A stretch of DNA of 54,558 nt from a virus (lineage: Duplodnaviria > Caudoviricetes): the IMG/VR virus record IMGVR_UViG_3300029142_000002, positions 1 through 54,558 of that record. One strand, written 5' to 3'. The notes below the pieces were generated by a model, which was not told where the DNA came from, made no database searches, and worked only from the letters and a program-made list of their open reading frames with translations. The translations under genes and the position numbers were made by a program. Below, one piece after another: positions 26,537 to 35,498 of this stretch. The stretch's first letter is position 1. Every line of letters begins with the position of its first letter.

Positions 26537-26791
26537 CTAGGGCAGCAGAAACCAGCCCAAAAGGGCAACTGCCAGGAAAACCAAAAAGACAATAACAAAG
26601 TCTTTAGCCTCTTGCTGCAAATCGGGATCTTGACCCAGCAGGGTTTCAATCCTTTTTATCTGCTTTTCTATGTTCGGATCTTCCTGCTCGGTTTGCTTTC
26701 TGATTCTTGAATTAACCTGCCGTTGACGCTTTTCGGCATCCATGTCGCGTTCAATCTGCTTGAGTATCTTTTTTTCTTGCTTGTTCATCAT
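26537..26791 (-). CDS. Coiled-coil protein with C-terminal TM helix
   Basis: ATGA overlap with the upstream gene; hydrophobic C-terminus. Confidence 0.6.
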   Translation of the reverse strand: MMNKQEKKILKQIERDMDAEKRQRQVNSRIRKQTEQEDPNIEKQIKRIETLLGQDPDLQQEAKDFVIVFLVFLAVALLGWFLLP

Positions 26792-27783
26792 TCATTCTCC
26801 ATACCAGCAAACCATTCCTGTGTATCCTGCGCTTGTTTCTGCATGCCTAGACTATTGACATGTTTACCGTCCTTAAGCTCACTGGCCAGCAGCTTGCGCC
26901 TATCAAAGCCTACAGGCTGATCAAAGTAGCCTAAGCTGATTAGTGTATCGGCAACAGCCTGCGCGAACTCGTCGTGATACTCATCGCCTTGTGGTACATG
27001 TCCATCCTCATATGGCCAGGTGCCAACGACGTAAAGAGTAGCGCCTGTCTTACCGGCTAGCGTGTTGTAAACATCAATACCCATATCGATATAAGTTTGC
27101 GAAATGTCGGCGCCTGGTGTATATAGGCCAGCGCTGTAAACGTCGCTTACGCAAATCTCCCAGACGATAGCGTCTGTTTCTGGAAACTCCACGAGCCCAC
27201 GGTCAAAGTGATTCCACCGGGAGTTGTTAGGATTTGACCAGAGGCTAATACCGCCGCCGCCGTAGCCTTTGACGATTTTCTGCCCGCTTGAATTGTACTG
27301 GCTCCAGTGTGGTATTTCGTTCGCGTATATGTCTAGCGCCTGGAACCAGTCACGACCTTTTGAACACGACACCAAGCCCAGCATATCGATAGCACCAGTC
27401 ACAGTAGTATCAGGTGGGGGAGTAGTGGTATCAGGGGGAATGACGGTCGTATCAGGTACGATTAGCGTAAGGTTGTCTTCTAGCGTCCACCCTGTAGGAT
27501 TACCGGTAAAGGCAACCTTCCAGTAGCCATTTTCGGGGCCGCTGGTTATCTCGCCTTCCGTACCTTCAGTTACAGAACGGGCGCTACCTGTGCCGCTGCT
27601 GTTTTTGTATATCAGCGTGCCTGCGTTAGCCGTCACAGAGTCGCCAACGGCAAACGAAATATCTTGAAGGGTTATGCCTGGTGCGTTTAGTTCGTTGTTG
27701 CCTACCGTGTCGCAGCTAGTAAAGAATGCTACCAGTAGGAGCGCAATCATAGCGATTGCGAATGTTTTGTCTTTCATTTTCAA
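26788..27783 (-). CDS. Lipoprotein with PDTT linker and SGNH-hydrolase-like C-terminal domain
   Basis: Lipobox FFTSC after a hydrophobic signal; three PDTT repeats; C-terminal DGKHVNSLG (DxxH) motif. Confidence 0.6.
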   Translation of the reverse strand: MKMKDKTFAIAMIALLLVAFFTSCDTVGNNELNAPGITLQDISFAVGDSVTANAGTLIYKNSSGTGSARSVTEGTEGEITSGPENGYWKVAFTGNPTGWTLEDNLTLIVPDTTVIPPDTTTPPPDTTVTGAIDMLGLVSCSKGRDWFQALDIYANEIPHWSQYNSSGQKIVKGYGGGGISLWSNPNNSRWNHFDRGLVEFPETDAIVWEICVSDVYSAGLYTPGADISQTYIDMGIDVYNTLAGKTGATLYVVGTWPYEDGHVPQGDEYHDEFAQAVADTLISLGYFDQPVGFDRRKLLASELKDGKHVNSLGMQKQAQDTQEWFAGMENE

Positions 27784-27796
27784 ATACCTGGTATTG

Positions 27797-28240
27797 TTAT
27801 GCTGCGCGTTTTAGCCCATGCCATTGCAGCATTAGTTTTAGATATGCTTCGTGTTTTTCTCTGGTGTTCAAGAGGTGGCCAGAGATATCCAGGTATTTCT
27901 TGGATCGCGTGTCGTAAACGAGGTACTTGTGCGCAATCAAATGATTGGCAGGGGTGAGGAGGATGACATCAAGCCAGTGATCTTTATTGTAAGACCAGTG
28001 ATGTCTATGTCTATCCTTGACTATAGGCAACATGCGCATACACGCATTTCTTGCCTTGTTTTTTAAATCATTATCAAGAATTTCGGTCTTCTTAGAATGG
28101 CGGACCGGCATTCCAGGCATTGAGAGAATGGTAGCCTCATAACAACTATTACATTTATTGCAATAGCCGTCTAGGTTTCGCCTGGAAATCATGTACTCAG
28201 AAAGCTCTTTGCTTTCTTTGCACGTGTTACAAACTTTCAT
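27797..28240 (-). CDS. HNH-like/zinc-binding endonuclease
   Basis: Two CxxC motifs, then HHWSY...LDVILL...H...H. Confidence 0.55.
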   Translation of the reverse strand: MKVCNTCKESKELSEYMISRRNLDGYCNKCNSCYEATILSMPGMPVRHSKKTEILDNDLKNKARNACMRMLPIVKDRHRHHWSYNKDHWLDVILLTPANHLIAHKYLVYDTRSKKYLDISGHLLNTREKHEAYLKLMLQWHGLKRAA

Positions 28241-28251
28241 GGAAGTGAAAT

Positions 28252-28466
28252 CTGTACCACTTCCTGTACCACATGAAATGCAAAAACCCCGAAATTAGCT
28301 CGCATTGGCTGATTTCGGGGTATTGGAAGTGGTCAGGGGCGGAATGGTTAACGGTTAACTTATCGTTACTTATCACTATCAAAGAGTACATAGGCTGCAC
28401 ATCTTTCAGGCTGTTAGTAATTGGGTTATAATAGTTGGGTGCAAAACTGTACCATAATCCGTACCA
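28252..28466. mobile_element. attP: attP: tRNA 3'-end core flanked by integrase arm-type repeats
   Basis: Core 28329-28345 reads ATTCCGCCCCTGACCAC on the minus strand (T-loop to acceptor end of a tRNA). C(T/C)GTACCA pairs at 28252/28264 and 28447/28459, each 12 bp apart. Adjacent to the integrase. Confidence 0.8.
28282..28320 (-). terminator. Terminator downstream of the attP tRNA fragment
   Basis: CCCCGAAATCAGC...GCTAATTTCGGGG plus TTTTT on the minus strand. Confidence 0.75.
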
Positions 28467-28469
28467 GCA

Positions 28470-29684
28470 TTGGCAAGCTTTAGTATTTACATTCGCAGAG
28501 AGACAAAGGCTAAAGACGGGAAAGCTCAACTCCGACTTTCTATATCTCATGCAAATGTAAGGAAATGGGTAAAACTCTCCATTCGAGTAAAAGAGAGAGA
28601 CTGGAACCCTAAAAATCAATCCGTAAGAAAAGGGGGAAAGGAATCTACTAAGATAAACGAATACATACAGGGCATTGTTGCTAAATGCCATGAAATAGAA
28701 ACTGAAATAATCAGTAAAGGAAGCATTGTGACTGCAGCGCTCCTTAAGGAACTGATTGAAAGAGAGATTGACCCTAGAGCTACCGAGAAAGATTTTATCA
28801 GCTATGCTCGGCAGGTGATTAAGGATTACCAGGAGCTTGGTAAAATCAGCACTTATAAAAGAATGACGGTTATCGTCAATAAACTGGAGGCTTATAGAAA
28901 AGCTGTTCTTTTCGAGGAAATCACACCTACCTTTCTGCGTGCTTATCAAAAGCACTTGATGACTCATTATGGTAATAACTTGAATACTGCTAGCAAGAAC
29001 CTTGCAGGCATTAGGACAATTTTTAGGATGGCTATCAGAGAAGGAGATTTTCCACAGGAGAAGAACCCATTTTTCCAGATAACTCTTAAAACCCAAAAGG
29101 TAACTAAGAAGCACCTGCGACCAGAAGAGATAGATAAAATAATCTCTTATGAGGTTGAGCCGGATAGCGGTATCGATAGGGCGCGAGACTATTTCATGTT
29201 CTCTTTCTACCTGTTCGGTATGCGATTCTCTGACGTTGCTATGCTTAAGCCTGAGCACCTTGTCCATGTTGGCAATGATTTGCGATGCGTCTGGACAATG
29301 GGGAAGGTAGACAGAGAGCACGGCGTTCTGGTTGTGCCACCTGCTAAAAAGATCATTGAAAGGTATCAGCCAGGCGAATACATATTCCCGATTCTTGAGG
29401 GTTATGACGTATCTACGCCAACCAAATTGAGAAATGCTATCGAGTCGAGAAATACAAGGATAAATAATGATCTCAAGAAATTGAAAGAAAGAGCTGGTAT
29501 TGATACCCACATCAGTTTCCATATTGCAAGGCACAGCATTGTAGGCTATCTCCTGCACAAGGATTGGAGCATCTACGATATTTCTAAAGCTCTTGGACAT
29601 TCAACTATCAAACAGACCGAGACTTATTTAAAAGGGTTTGACTTTGGTAACCTAGACGACAAAATGAAGGGTTTATGGTCTTAA
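28470..29684 (+). CDS. int: Tyrosine integrase (arm-binding + SAM-like + catalytic; Bacteroidota-type architecture)
   Basis: GMRFSD, K, FHIARHS, LGHS and TETY catalytic motifs. Confidence 0.95.
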   Translation: MASFSIYIRRETKAKDGKAQLRLSISHANVRKWVKLSIRVKERDWNPKNQSVRKGGKESTKINEYIQGIVAKCHEIETEIISKGSIVTAALLKELIEREIDPRATEKDFISYARQVIKDYQELGKISTYKRMTVIVNKLEAYRKAVLFEEITPTFLRAYQKHLMTHYGNNLNTASKNLAGIRTIFRMAIREGDFPQEKNPFFQITLKTQKVTKKHLRPEEIDKIISYEVEPDSGIDRARDYFMFSFYLFGMRFSDVAMLKPEHLVHVGNDLRCVWTMGKVDREHGVLVVPPAKKIIERYQPGEYIFPILEGYDVSTPTKLRNAIESRNTRINNDLKKLKERAGIDTHISFHIARHSIVGYLLHKDWSIYDISKALGHSTIKQTETYLKGFDFGNLDDKMKGLWS

Positions 29685-29968
29685 CCTTCTTCATTTTCTA
29701 TAAAATTGTTCAGAGTTTCTCTGTCATAACGGTATCCGCCACCAAACTTTTTTGCCTTTACTTTTCCTGCTCTACGCTTGTTGGCTAAAGTCAGATTTGA
29801 TATGCCAAGATATTTGGCAGCTTCTTTTTCAGTGTACCAGTCTTTGGTAAGGAAGAATCTTTCCTCTAGCTGCTGTATTGACGATTCAGCATTTTCCATC
29901 GCAATCTTAACGGCGTTTTGAATAAGCTCTCTTAAGTCGCGTTCTTCGGTTACTACTATTTTTGACAT
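29681..29968 (-). CDS. xis: Excisionase-like HTH protein
   Basis: WYTEKEAAKYLGIS...RRAGKVKAKKFGGGYRY; convergent with int. Confidence 0.8.
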   Translation of the reverse strand: MSKIVVTEERDLRELIQNAVKIAMENAESSIQQLEERFFLTKDWYTEKEAAKYLGISNLTLANKRRAGKVKAKKFGGGYRYDRETLNNFIENEEG

Positions 29969-30024
29969 AGTTCTATAAGGATTTGGATTGTTCTCAATAG
30001 GGCAGGGGGTCTCCTTTTGTTTTT

Positions 30025-30924
30025 CTATTCCAATTCATTAAGCATAAATTCTCGCTGAAATTCTGTAGAGTGCTCTCCATACAATTCGCTAATACTATCT
30101 ACAGAAGACAATAAAAAAACAGATTTGGCGCCCTTTACTTCTGTTTTTGTAATTTTATATTCGATTTTTTCCTTTGGCAGAACACCCATCAGTGCAGACC
30201 TTACGGTCAATGGGGCATAGGGACTTGTAGAATTTTGCCTTGCTTTTTCGCAATCCTCAGAGACATTAATCATAAAAATATTTGATAGGTCACTTCTTTT
30301 TTGCAAAGCTATTTGCCACCACTTCTTTGTGTTAAGACCGATAAGCACAATAGCTGTTTTATTGAATTTGATTGTTCCATTGTCCAAGGTTGCTCCTGGT
30401 CCTGCCAGATATCTAAATGCGGTTGATATATCTTTGAAGTCCAGGTCTATAAGAGATATGGGTTCTATGCCTTTTTGCACCAAGTCTTCATCAGTTACAC
30501 CTCTTTGGTATTTGACTGAATGCATTCCGCGCAAACTATACCCATCGTCGATTAATTTCAGGCGAAAGGCCGACTTGGCTCCTTCGACCAGCACCCGATC
30601 AATCTTTACCTTTTGGTACCCAGATATATTTTCTTCAATGAATGCTTTCGGTGTGCGTATACTTAAGGTTGGGGACATAGCATCTGTGTTTTTTCTTGCA
30701 CCCTTTTCAAAAGGATCACATTCAATCAGATACAGGACACTTTTAAACCCAGATGCCCATACGGCTAGCTTCCACCATTTCCCTTTTTCTAGTTCCATTA
30801 TGTGCCTAGCTGCAGCATTGAACGTAATACTGCCCTTGTGAATAGTCCCACCAGGACCAGCATGTAATTTATAATTTGTTTTCAGATCTAAAATCTGCAG
30901 ATCTTCTATGTTTAGTAATTCCAT
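30025..30924 (-). CDS. Hypothetical protein with an internally duplicated domain
   Basis: AGPGGTIHKGSITFN..KWWKLA vs AGPGATLDNGTIKFN..KWWQIA; ARKN vs ARQN; VEGAKSAF vs VKGAKSVF. Confidence 0.75.
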   Translation of the reverse strand: MELLNIEDLQILDLKTNYKLHAGPGGTIHKGSITFNAAARHIMELEKGKWWKLAVWASGFKSVLYLIECDPFEKGARKNTDAMSPTLSIRTPKAFIEENISGYQKVKIDRVLVEGAKSAFRLKLIDDGYSLRGMHSVKYQRGVTDEDLVQKGIEPISLIDLDFKDISTAFRYLAGPGATLDNGTIKFNKTAIVLIGLNTKKWWQIALQKRSDLSNIFMINVSEDCEKARQNSTSPYAPLTVRSALMGVLPKEKIEYKITKTEVKGAKSVFLLSSVDSISELYGEHSTEFQREFMLNELE

Positions 30925-30965
30925 TTGCTTTTGGGGAGTTTAGTTAATTCTAGCAGGGCAGGGGC

Positions 30966-31526
30966 CTAAACCGCTTGTTTCTTTTTGCCGGTGCCGTTGC
31001 AGGTTTTGCACTTTATGCCTAAATCACCACGGACATTAAACACAGTACCATTCTCGCACTCCGGACAATCCTCTAAATCTAGTTCGGCTTTCAAATTCTC
31101 ATGTGAAATCGTTCCGTATATTTCTGCTTCTTCCAATGCAGCTTTTGAGTCCTCAATATCTAGCCTGTCTTCCACCTGCTTCTCCAGCGCCTGCACCAGC
31201 GCGAGGACGGCTGCTGTTGCATCTGATTCCAAGTATTCACTTTCTATCATTGACGGCAGAAAGATTCTAAACTTGGATTTACCATCTACCCTGTTTAGTG
31301 CGTAGTCCCAGTTCTGCTCCTCACAATACCCACAGACAGCGCCGAATAACGACCACTCATCATAAAAGTCCAGGAGCACCGAACTTGTTGGCTTGGTCCA
31401 TAAAAGCCTATCGCCGCTATATATCATAAATGTCTCAACTTCAGTGCGAATCGACAGTTTGTTCTCTATCCTAACAAAATCCGGAGCCAGCACAGCCAGC
31501 CTTTCGAGTCCTTGCTGTAGTGTCAT
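30966..31526 (-). CDS. Hypothetical protein with antitoxin-like segment and C-terminal zinc finger
   Basis: CPECENG ... CKTCNGTG; N-terminal domain is paralogous to 33784-34131. Confidence 0.7.
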   Translation of the reverse strand: MTLQQGLERLAVLAPDFVRIENKLSIRTEVETFMIYSGDRLLWTKPTSSVLLDFYDEWSLFGAVCGYCEEQNWDYALNRVDGKSKFRIFLPSMIESEYLESDATAAVLALVQALEKQVEDRLDIEDSKAALEEAEIYGTISHENLKAELDLEDCPECENGTVFNVRGDLGIKCKTCNGTGKKKQAV

Positions 31527-31783
31527 TGGGCTGCCTCCATGCGGGTTTTGAGTTCTTCGAGTATTAACTTCCTTAAGTTCTTTTGTCCAAAAGTGTAGTA
31601 TTCAGGAGTTTCCTCAATCATCTCATCCACAGTAGCCAGCCAGCGGTTGTTATTTTCGTGAACAATCCTGTCGAATGCTCTTGCAAGTTGAAACGGAGCC
31701 CTGCTATTTTTATAACATTCGTACATCCAATCTGGAAAAGTTGCTCGCATTTCACTAGTGATTATATCTTGTATTTCACTCAT
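31523..31783 (-). CDS. Hypothetical protein (C-terminus similar to 51915-52103)
   Basis: ATGA-coupled on both sides. Confidence 0.7.
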   Translation of the reverse strand: MSEIQDIITSEMRATFPDWMYECYKNSRAPFQLARAFDRIVHENNNRWLATVDEMIEETPEYYTFGQKNLRKLILEELKTRMEAAQ

Positions 31784-32313
31784 GCTGCTTTCCTCAATAA
31801 TTTACCGGAGTCTGTTAAGTAATCGAGCAGAACCCAGCGCGCTTCCTCGTACCAGTAGCACACCTCCGTTCTGTGTCCTAGCCAGCGCATCAGGTCTGCC
31901 CATTCTCGCTGTAAATCGGTTAGCTTGTTATAACCGTATTTCATTTCTATCCACAGTCCCGTATAGCCGCCGATAGGGGCAGGGAGGTGTATGTCATTCA
32001 CGCCAGCCTTAAGCCCTTCAGCTTTCATTTGCGCGCCCATTACCTTGCTGCGCTTGGCGGCATTAGGCACAGCATACAGCGCTGCTAAGTGCGGGTAATA
32101 TTTGACGTTTTCTGCTGCCCACTTGAACAGCTTTACCTGCTGCTTGTGCTCACTGCTGTTTTTAGGCGCCTCACGCCTTGCAGGGCGCGCGCTGTAGTGA
32201 ATCTCACCGTATACCATGTCCGCAGGCTGCGCGTCTGCTAGGCGATTCTGGGCGCTATCAGGGGCTTTGTTTGCATTGTAGTCTGCTAGCCACTCGCTTG
32301 AAAATCCTTTCAT
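31780..32313 (-). CDS. VRR-NUC domain nuclease
   Basis: SEHKQQ, AVPN, GLKAGVND, LWIEMK and LTDLQREW motifs. Confidence 0.9.
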   Translation of the reverse strand: MKGFSSEWLADYNANKAPDSAQNRLADAQPADMVYGEIHYSARPARREAPKNSSEHKQQVKLFKWAAENVKYYPHLAALYAVPNAAKRSKVMGAQMKAEGLKAGVNDIHLPAPIGGYTGLWIEMKYGYNKLTDLQREWADLMRWLGHRTEVCYWYEEARWVLLDYLTDSGKLLRKAA

Positions 32314-33224
32314 GCCGCTTTCCTCATTTGCATTGTTTCAACTTCAAGAATCAGGTTTGCTATCATTTCGGGTATCTGTGGCACAACGGCATTTCCTAGT
32401 CCTCTAATTCTGTCCACCCTGCGGGATACCCCTGAAGCCACTCGACCCACTCCGGGTTCAGGTGCCCACGTCCTAATTCTGTCCCTCGAAAAGGATTGGC
32501 ACTGCCACCCCATTCGTCTAACCTCCCGACGTTGTTTCCCTGTGCTGCATTTGGTGTTGGCCACATTGCTACCCTGTCCGGTAATGACTCGCTGCGGGGC
32601 TTGTTCACTTGGTTTGCACTGCCCGACTTCCAGGGACTGGAAGTCGGTGTGGGCCACATTTTTGGGTGTAGAACCTGAGCTGGCAAACCGTTTCGATCGT
32701 CCGCTGCTATCTGACCCCGTTTCTCCGAATCGTTCGCTCTCGGCGTGTGCCACAATCCAGACTCTTTGCCGGATGTGCGGGGCATCGACTCCACAAGCTG
32801 GAATAATAAATGCTTGCGTGTCGTAACCCGACTCTTCCAGGTTAGAAAGCACCTCGTCGAATGTGGCTTCCATTTCCCCAACAGTAAGTCCGTAAACATT
32901 CTCAGCAACGACCCATGAAGGTTGGACAGCTTGTATAACTCTAAGCATTTCAGGCCAGAGGTAGCGGTCATCTTCTGCGCCGCCTCGCTTCCCGGCTTGG
33001 CTGAATGGCTGGCATGGGAAGCCTCCGCAAATAACGTCAACTGCTTTAAGGTTTTCCGCTCCGACATTCTTTATATCTCCAAAACGTTCTATATGAGGAA
33101 AGTTCTTTTCAAGCACCCTCTGGCACCATTCGTCTTTTTCAACCTGCCATACTATTTCAAAGCCAGCACGCTGAAAGCCTAAATCGAAACCACCTATACC
33201 AGCGAACAAAGAGCCTACAGTCAT
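32310..33224 (-). CDS. dcm: C5-cytosine DNA methyltransferase (alpha-type chain, motif IX not apparent)
   Basis: LFAGIGG, GGFPCQ, ENV, R.RVWIV and GNAVVP motifs. Confidence 0.92.
   Translation of the reverse strand: MTVGSLFAGIGGFDLGFQRAGFEIVWQVEKDEWCQRVLEKNFPHIERFGDIKNVGAENLKAVDVICGGFPCQPFSQAGKRGGAEDDRYLWPEMLRVIQAVQPSWVVAENVYGLTVGEMEATFDEVLSNLEESGYDTQAFIIPACGVDAPHIRQRVWIVAHAESERFGETGSDSSGRSKRFASSGSTPKNVAHTDFQSLEVGQCKPSEQAPQRVITGQGSNVANTKCSTGKQRREVRRMGWQCQSFSRDRIRTWAPEPGVGRVASGVSRRVDRIRGLGNAVVPQIPEMIANLILEVETMQMRKAA
32396..33067 (-). CDS. Nested alternative-frame MTase beta-type subunit (M.EcoHK31I-beta-like)
   Basis: 223-aa same-strand ORF fully inside dcm; W(H/P)TP repeats and terminal LNPEWVEWLQGYPAGWT (motif IX-like). 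Confidence 0.75.
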   Translation of the reverse strand: MSERKTLKQLTLFAEASHASHSAKPGSEAAQKMTATSGLKCLELYKLSNLHGSLLRMFTDLLLGKWKPHSTRCFLTWKSRVTTRKHLLFQLVESMPRTSGKESGLWHTPRANDSEKRGQIAADDRNGLPAQVLHPKMWPTPTSSPWKSGSANQVNKPRSESLPDRVAMWPTPNAAQGNNVGRLDEWGGSANPFRGTELGRGHLNPEWVEWLQGYPAGWTELED

Positions 33225-33787
33225 GCCGCTTTCCTCTGCTTTGACGGCTTGCGCATCGGCGCATATTCCTTGAGCACGGTTGGCGAGGTGTTGATTGCCG
33301 TACCACCGGAAAACCTGGCCATTACAAAATCGATGGCATCGTCTTCAGTTACTCCGCGTTCAGCCATCCAATCGATAGCCTCGTTGATATGCAGCTCCTG
33401 GCTGCTGATTAACTTCCCGCATTCCTTTCTTATCTGCGCAGGAGTAGCCTTCTTCTGCTTGGTCTTCTTGCGCCCGTTTATCCAGTTGTTGTAAACCGTA
33501 AGCTTGAACTTGACATCGTACATCTCATTGACCTTTGCGCGCACCGCAGAGACCGTCAGTCCTTTCTTGTGCAGCTCCTTTGCGGTGCGCTTAATGTTGC
33601 CTTTGAGGTTAACGGGCACAATGCTTTTTACCTTGTAGCGCCGAATGCTAGATATCGAAGGTATTTCGCTTTCTTTATAGCCCCTTAGCATGAGCACTCT
33701 TTTAACGTCTTTCGCCGTTATACCTGGTGTATTCTTTTTGATATCTATTATTACCGGGTAGATATCCGCGTATTGTGTCGGTTTCAT
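33221..33787 (-). CDS. Basic HTH-like hypothetical protein
   Basis: Coupled ORF; IPSISSIRRY helix-turn-helix-like segment. Confidence 0.6.
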   Translation of the reverse strand: MKPTQYADIYPVIIDIKKNTPGITAKDVKRVLMLRGYKESEIPSISSIRRYKVKSIVPVNLKGNIKRTAKELHKKGLTVSAVRAKVNEMYDVKFKLTVYNNWINGRKKTKQKKATPAQIRKECGKLISSQELHINEAIDWMAERGVTEDDAIDFVMARFSGGTAINTSPTVLKEYAPMRKPSKQRKAA

Positions 33788-34131
33788 GCTGCTACCTCGT
33801 CATTGACTGATTCCAGTGCTTGCAGGTAGGCAGAGAGAAGGGCTTCGGCTGGGCAACTATCATGTAACCCAATACACCATCCATCCAATCCAGGCTGATA
33901 GAAAGTATTAGCCCTATATCTCTTTTTAGGGTTATAAAGCACAGACCAGTCCCACCCTCGTGCCTCCATTGCCTGCTGGATTGCGTACTGAATGATTGCA
34001 AGTTCATACTTACCAAAATTCGAACACACATCAACCTGCATTCCGTCAATAACGTAGATTGTATCCTCTGAGCAATTCAGGTAGCACTCGTCACTCTCTA
34101 GCTCGGCCCATTTTTCAAGTAGTTCTTTCAT
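33784..34131 (-). CDS. Hypothetical protein (paralog of 30966-31526 N-domain)
   Basis: PAEALLSAYLQALE vs ATAAVLALVQALE; WDWSV vs WDYAL. Confidence 0.7.
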   Translation of the reverse strand: MKELLEKWAELESDECYLNCSEDTIYVIDGMQVDVCSNFGKYELAIIQYAIQQAMEARGWDWSVLYNPKKRYRANTFYQPGLDGWCIGLHDSCPAEALLSAYLQALESVNDEVAA

Positions 34132-34352
34132 GCTGCTAACCTCATTTCAAGCTGTTTCAAAATTCTGACTCCATACAGCCACAGCGTAACCGGCACATGT
34201 AGCCAGAACCTTTTCTGATTATTTGTACCAAAAACTTTGCGTTGCATCTGCCTATGAGTCAAATATGCATCGACGGAAGGGTAGGGGATAAACACCCGTT
34301 TACCGGTTCTCCTGTCTATGATTGTTGCACCTGTAAATCTTGATTTACTCAT
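34128..34352 (-). CDS. Hypothetical protein
   Basis: ATGA-coupled in the early operon. Confidence 0.6.
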   Translation of the reverse strand: MSKSRFTGATIIDRRTGKRVFIPYPSVDAYLTHRQMQRKVFGTNNQKRFWLHVPVTLWLYGVRILKQLEMRLAA

Positions 34353-34582
34353 AGATTGCCCACCATGATTTTAATGTCGCGATGAAGAATAACGCGATTG
34401 CCGACAGCAGCAGTGCTGTCAGTGTTGCAAGCACCATGTTCTCGAATCTGTTCGCTAGTTTTGACATAGGTTTGAAGGTCTTGACAAATGGACAGAAAGC
34501 CATAGAACATGAGGAAGGCTACTAGGATGAATCCAAAGCCGTTTATGGATTTAACGAGCATATCAAGAGCTTTCCAGTTCAT
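34349..34582 (-). CDS. Small membrane protein
   Basis: ATGA-coupled; one TM helix. Confidence 0.6.
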   Translation of the reverse strand: MNWKALDMLVKSINGFGFILVAFLMFYGFLSICQDLQTYVKTSEQIREHGACNTDSTAAVGNRVILHRDIKIMVGNL

Positions 34583-34890
34583 GCCGCTTTCTTTTGTTTT
34601 GGTTTATATTTGCCGTATATGATGCGATAAACTTCTTTTCCGTCTTCATATCCGACTACTTCGATTACTCGTTTTGTATGCTGTTGAAACTGTTCAATGA
34701 ATCCGTCTGCAGAGGCCAAGAATTTCGTTCTTGTTTCGAATCTGTCGATAACACTATCCTTTTTGTACCGGATACATTTGTATAAATGGCAGCCGTCTTT
34801 ATCACGTGGTTTTCTGTCGATATACCACCCAAGTTTGCGACATACGGCAAACCATTTCGGCATGTCTTGCGGCTGAATTTCTAGAGTCAT
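34579..34890 (-). CDS. Hypothetical protein
   Basis: Coupled in the operon; ends KKAA. Confidence 0.65.
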   Translation of the reverse strand: MTLEIQPQDMPKWFAVCRKLGWYIDRKPRDKDGCHLYKCIRYKKDSVIDRFETRTKFLASADGFIEQFQQHTKRVIEVVGYEDGKEVYRIIYGKYKPKQKKAA

Positions 34891-34892
34891 TT

Positions 34893-35498
34893 CTATCTGT
34901 TTGTTTTTTCGTAAACAAGGGGAGGGAAGGCATGTAGCTTTGTTGCAGGGATGACAAAAGCACCCTCCAGCTTTCCCACTCCGTTAGCATTTTCTGGTAG
35001 TTCGTCTTCACGCGCCCAGCCAACCAGGTGAACCGTGATCAATGGGTTTGCTTTCAGTCCTTGAATGCTAAAGCTTTCTGTTAAGGCCAGCCCGTACACC
35101 CACCCCTTATGGCGCTCCCTTGGTCGCACCGGTAGGTTATAAGTCATTGGATCCTGACTGCGGCGCATCATCGATGTCTTGATATCGATACGGCAGCGGG
35201 GGAGGTCATATCCGCCATCGCCCTTTGTGGGGAATCTGTTCTGGCTGTGGCGCATGTCGAGGTATGCGCGTTCGTCGCCATCGCGCCACAATGCGAGCGC
35301 ATAATTTCCTACGAGCCCAACGATCTGATCTTCGCTAAGGTGTTTGCGCCTGTCATCGGTTTTGCGTATTTGCGAGCGGCCGCCGATCGATGCTTTCATT
35401 GCATCGCGGTAGATGGTCACCAGATCGCGCCGCGTCAGGCGCATAGTGATCACATGATTTGTGCAGGGGGTTGATATGCTTTCCGCTGGATGTGTCAT
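34893..35498 (-). CDS. Putative PD-(D/E)xK-fold nuclease-like protein
   Basis: GDGGYDL...IDIKTS pattern. Confidence 0.5.
   Translation of the reverse strand: MTHPAESISTPCTNHVITMRLTRRDLVTIYRDAMKASIGGRSQIRKTDDRRKHLSEDQIVGLVGNYALALWRDGDERAYLDMRHSQNRFPTKGDGGYDLPRCRIDIKTSMMRRSQDPMTYNLPVRPRERHKGWVYGLALTESFSIQGLKANPLITVHLVGWAREDELPENANGVGKLEGAFVIPATKLHAFPPLVYEKTNR

Noticed and set aside
26326-26595. Plus-strand 89-aa ORF
   Set aside because: It opposes a tightly packed leftward run, and a minus-strand ORF (26329-26508) fits the spacing better; not fully excluded.
28329-28345. Complete tRNA gene
   Set aside because: Only the 3' 17 nt are present, with no D or anticodon arm; it is the att core. No full tRNA was recognised elsewhere.
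28227-29600. 457-aa ORF antisense to the integrase
   Set aside because: It mirrors the integrase codons, has no recognisable motifs and runs through attP; most likely a shadow ORF.
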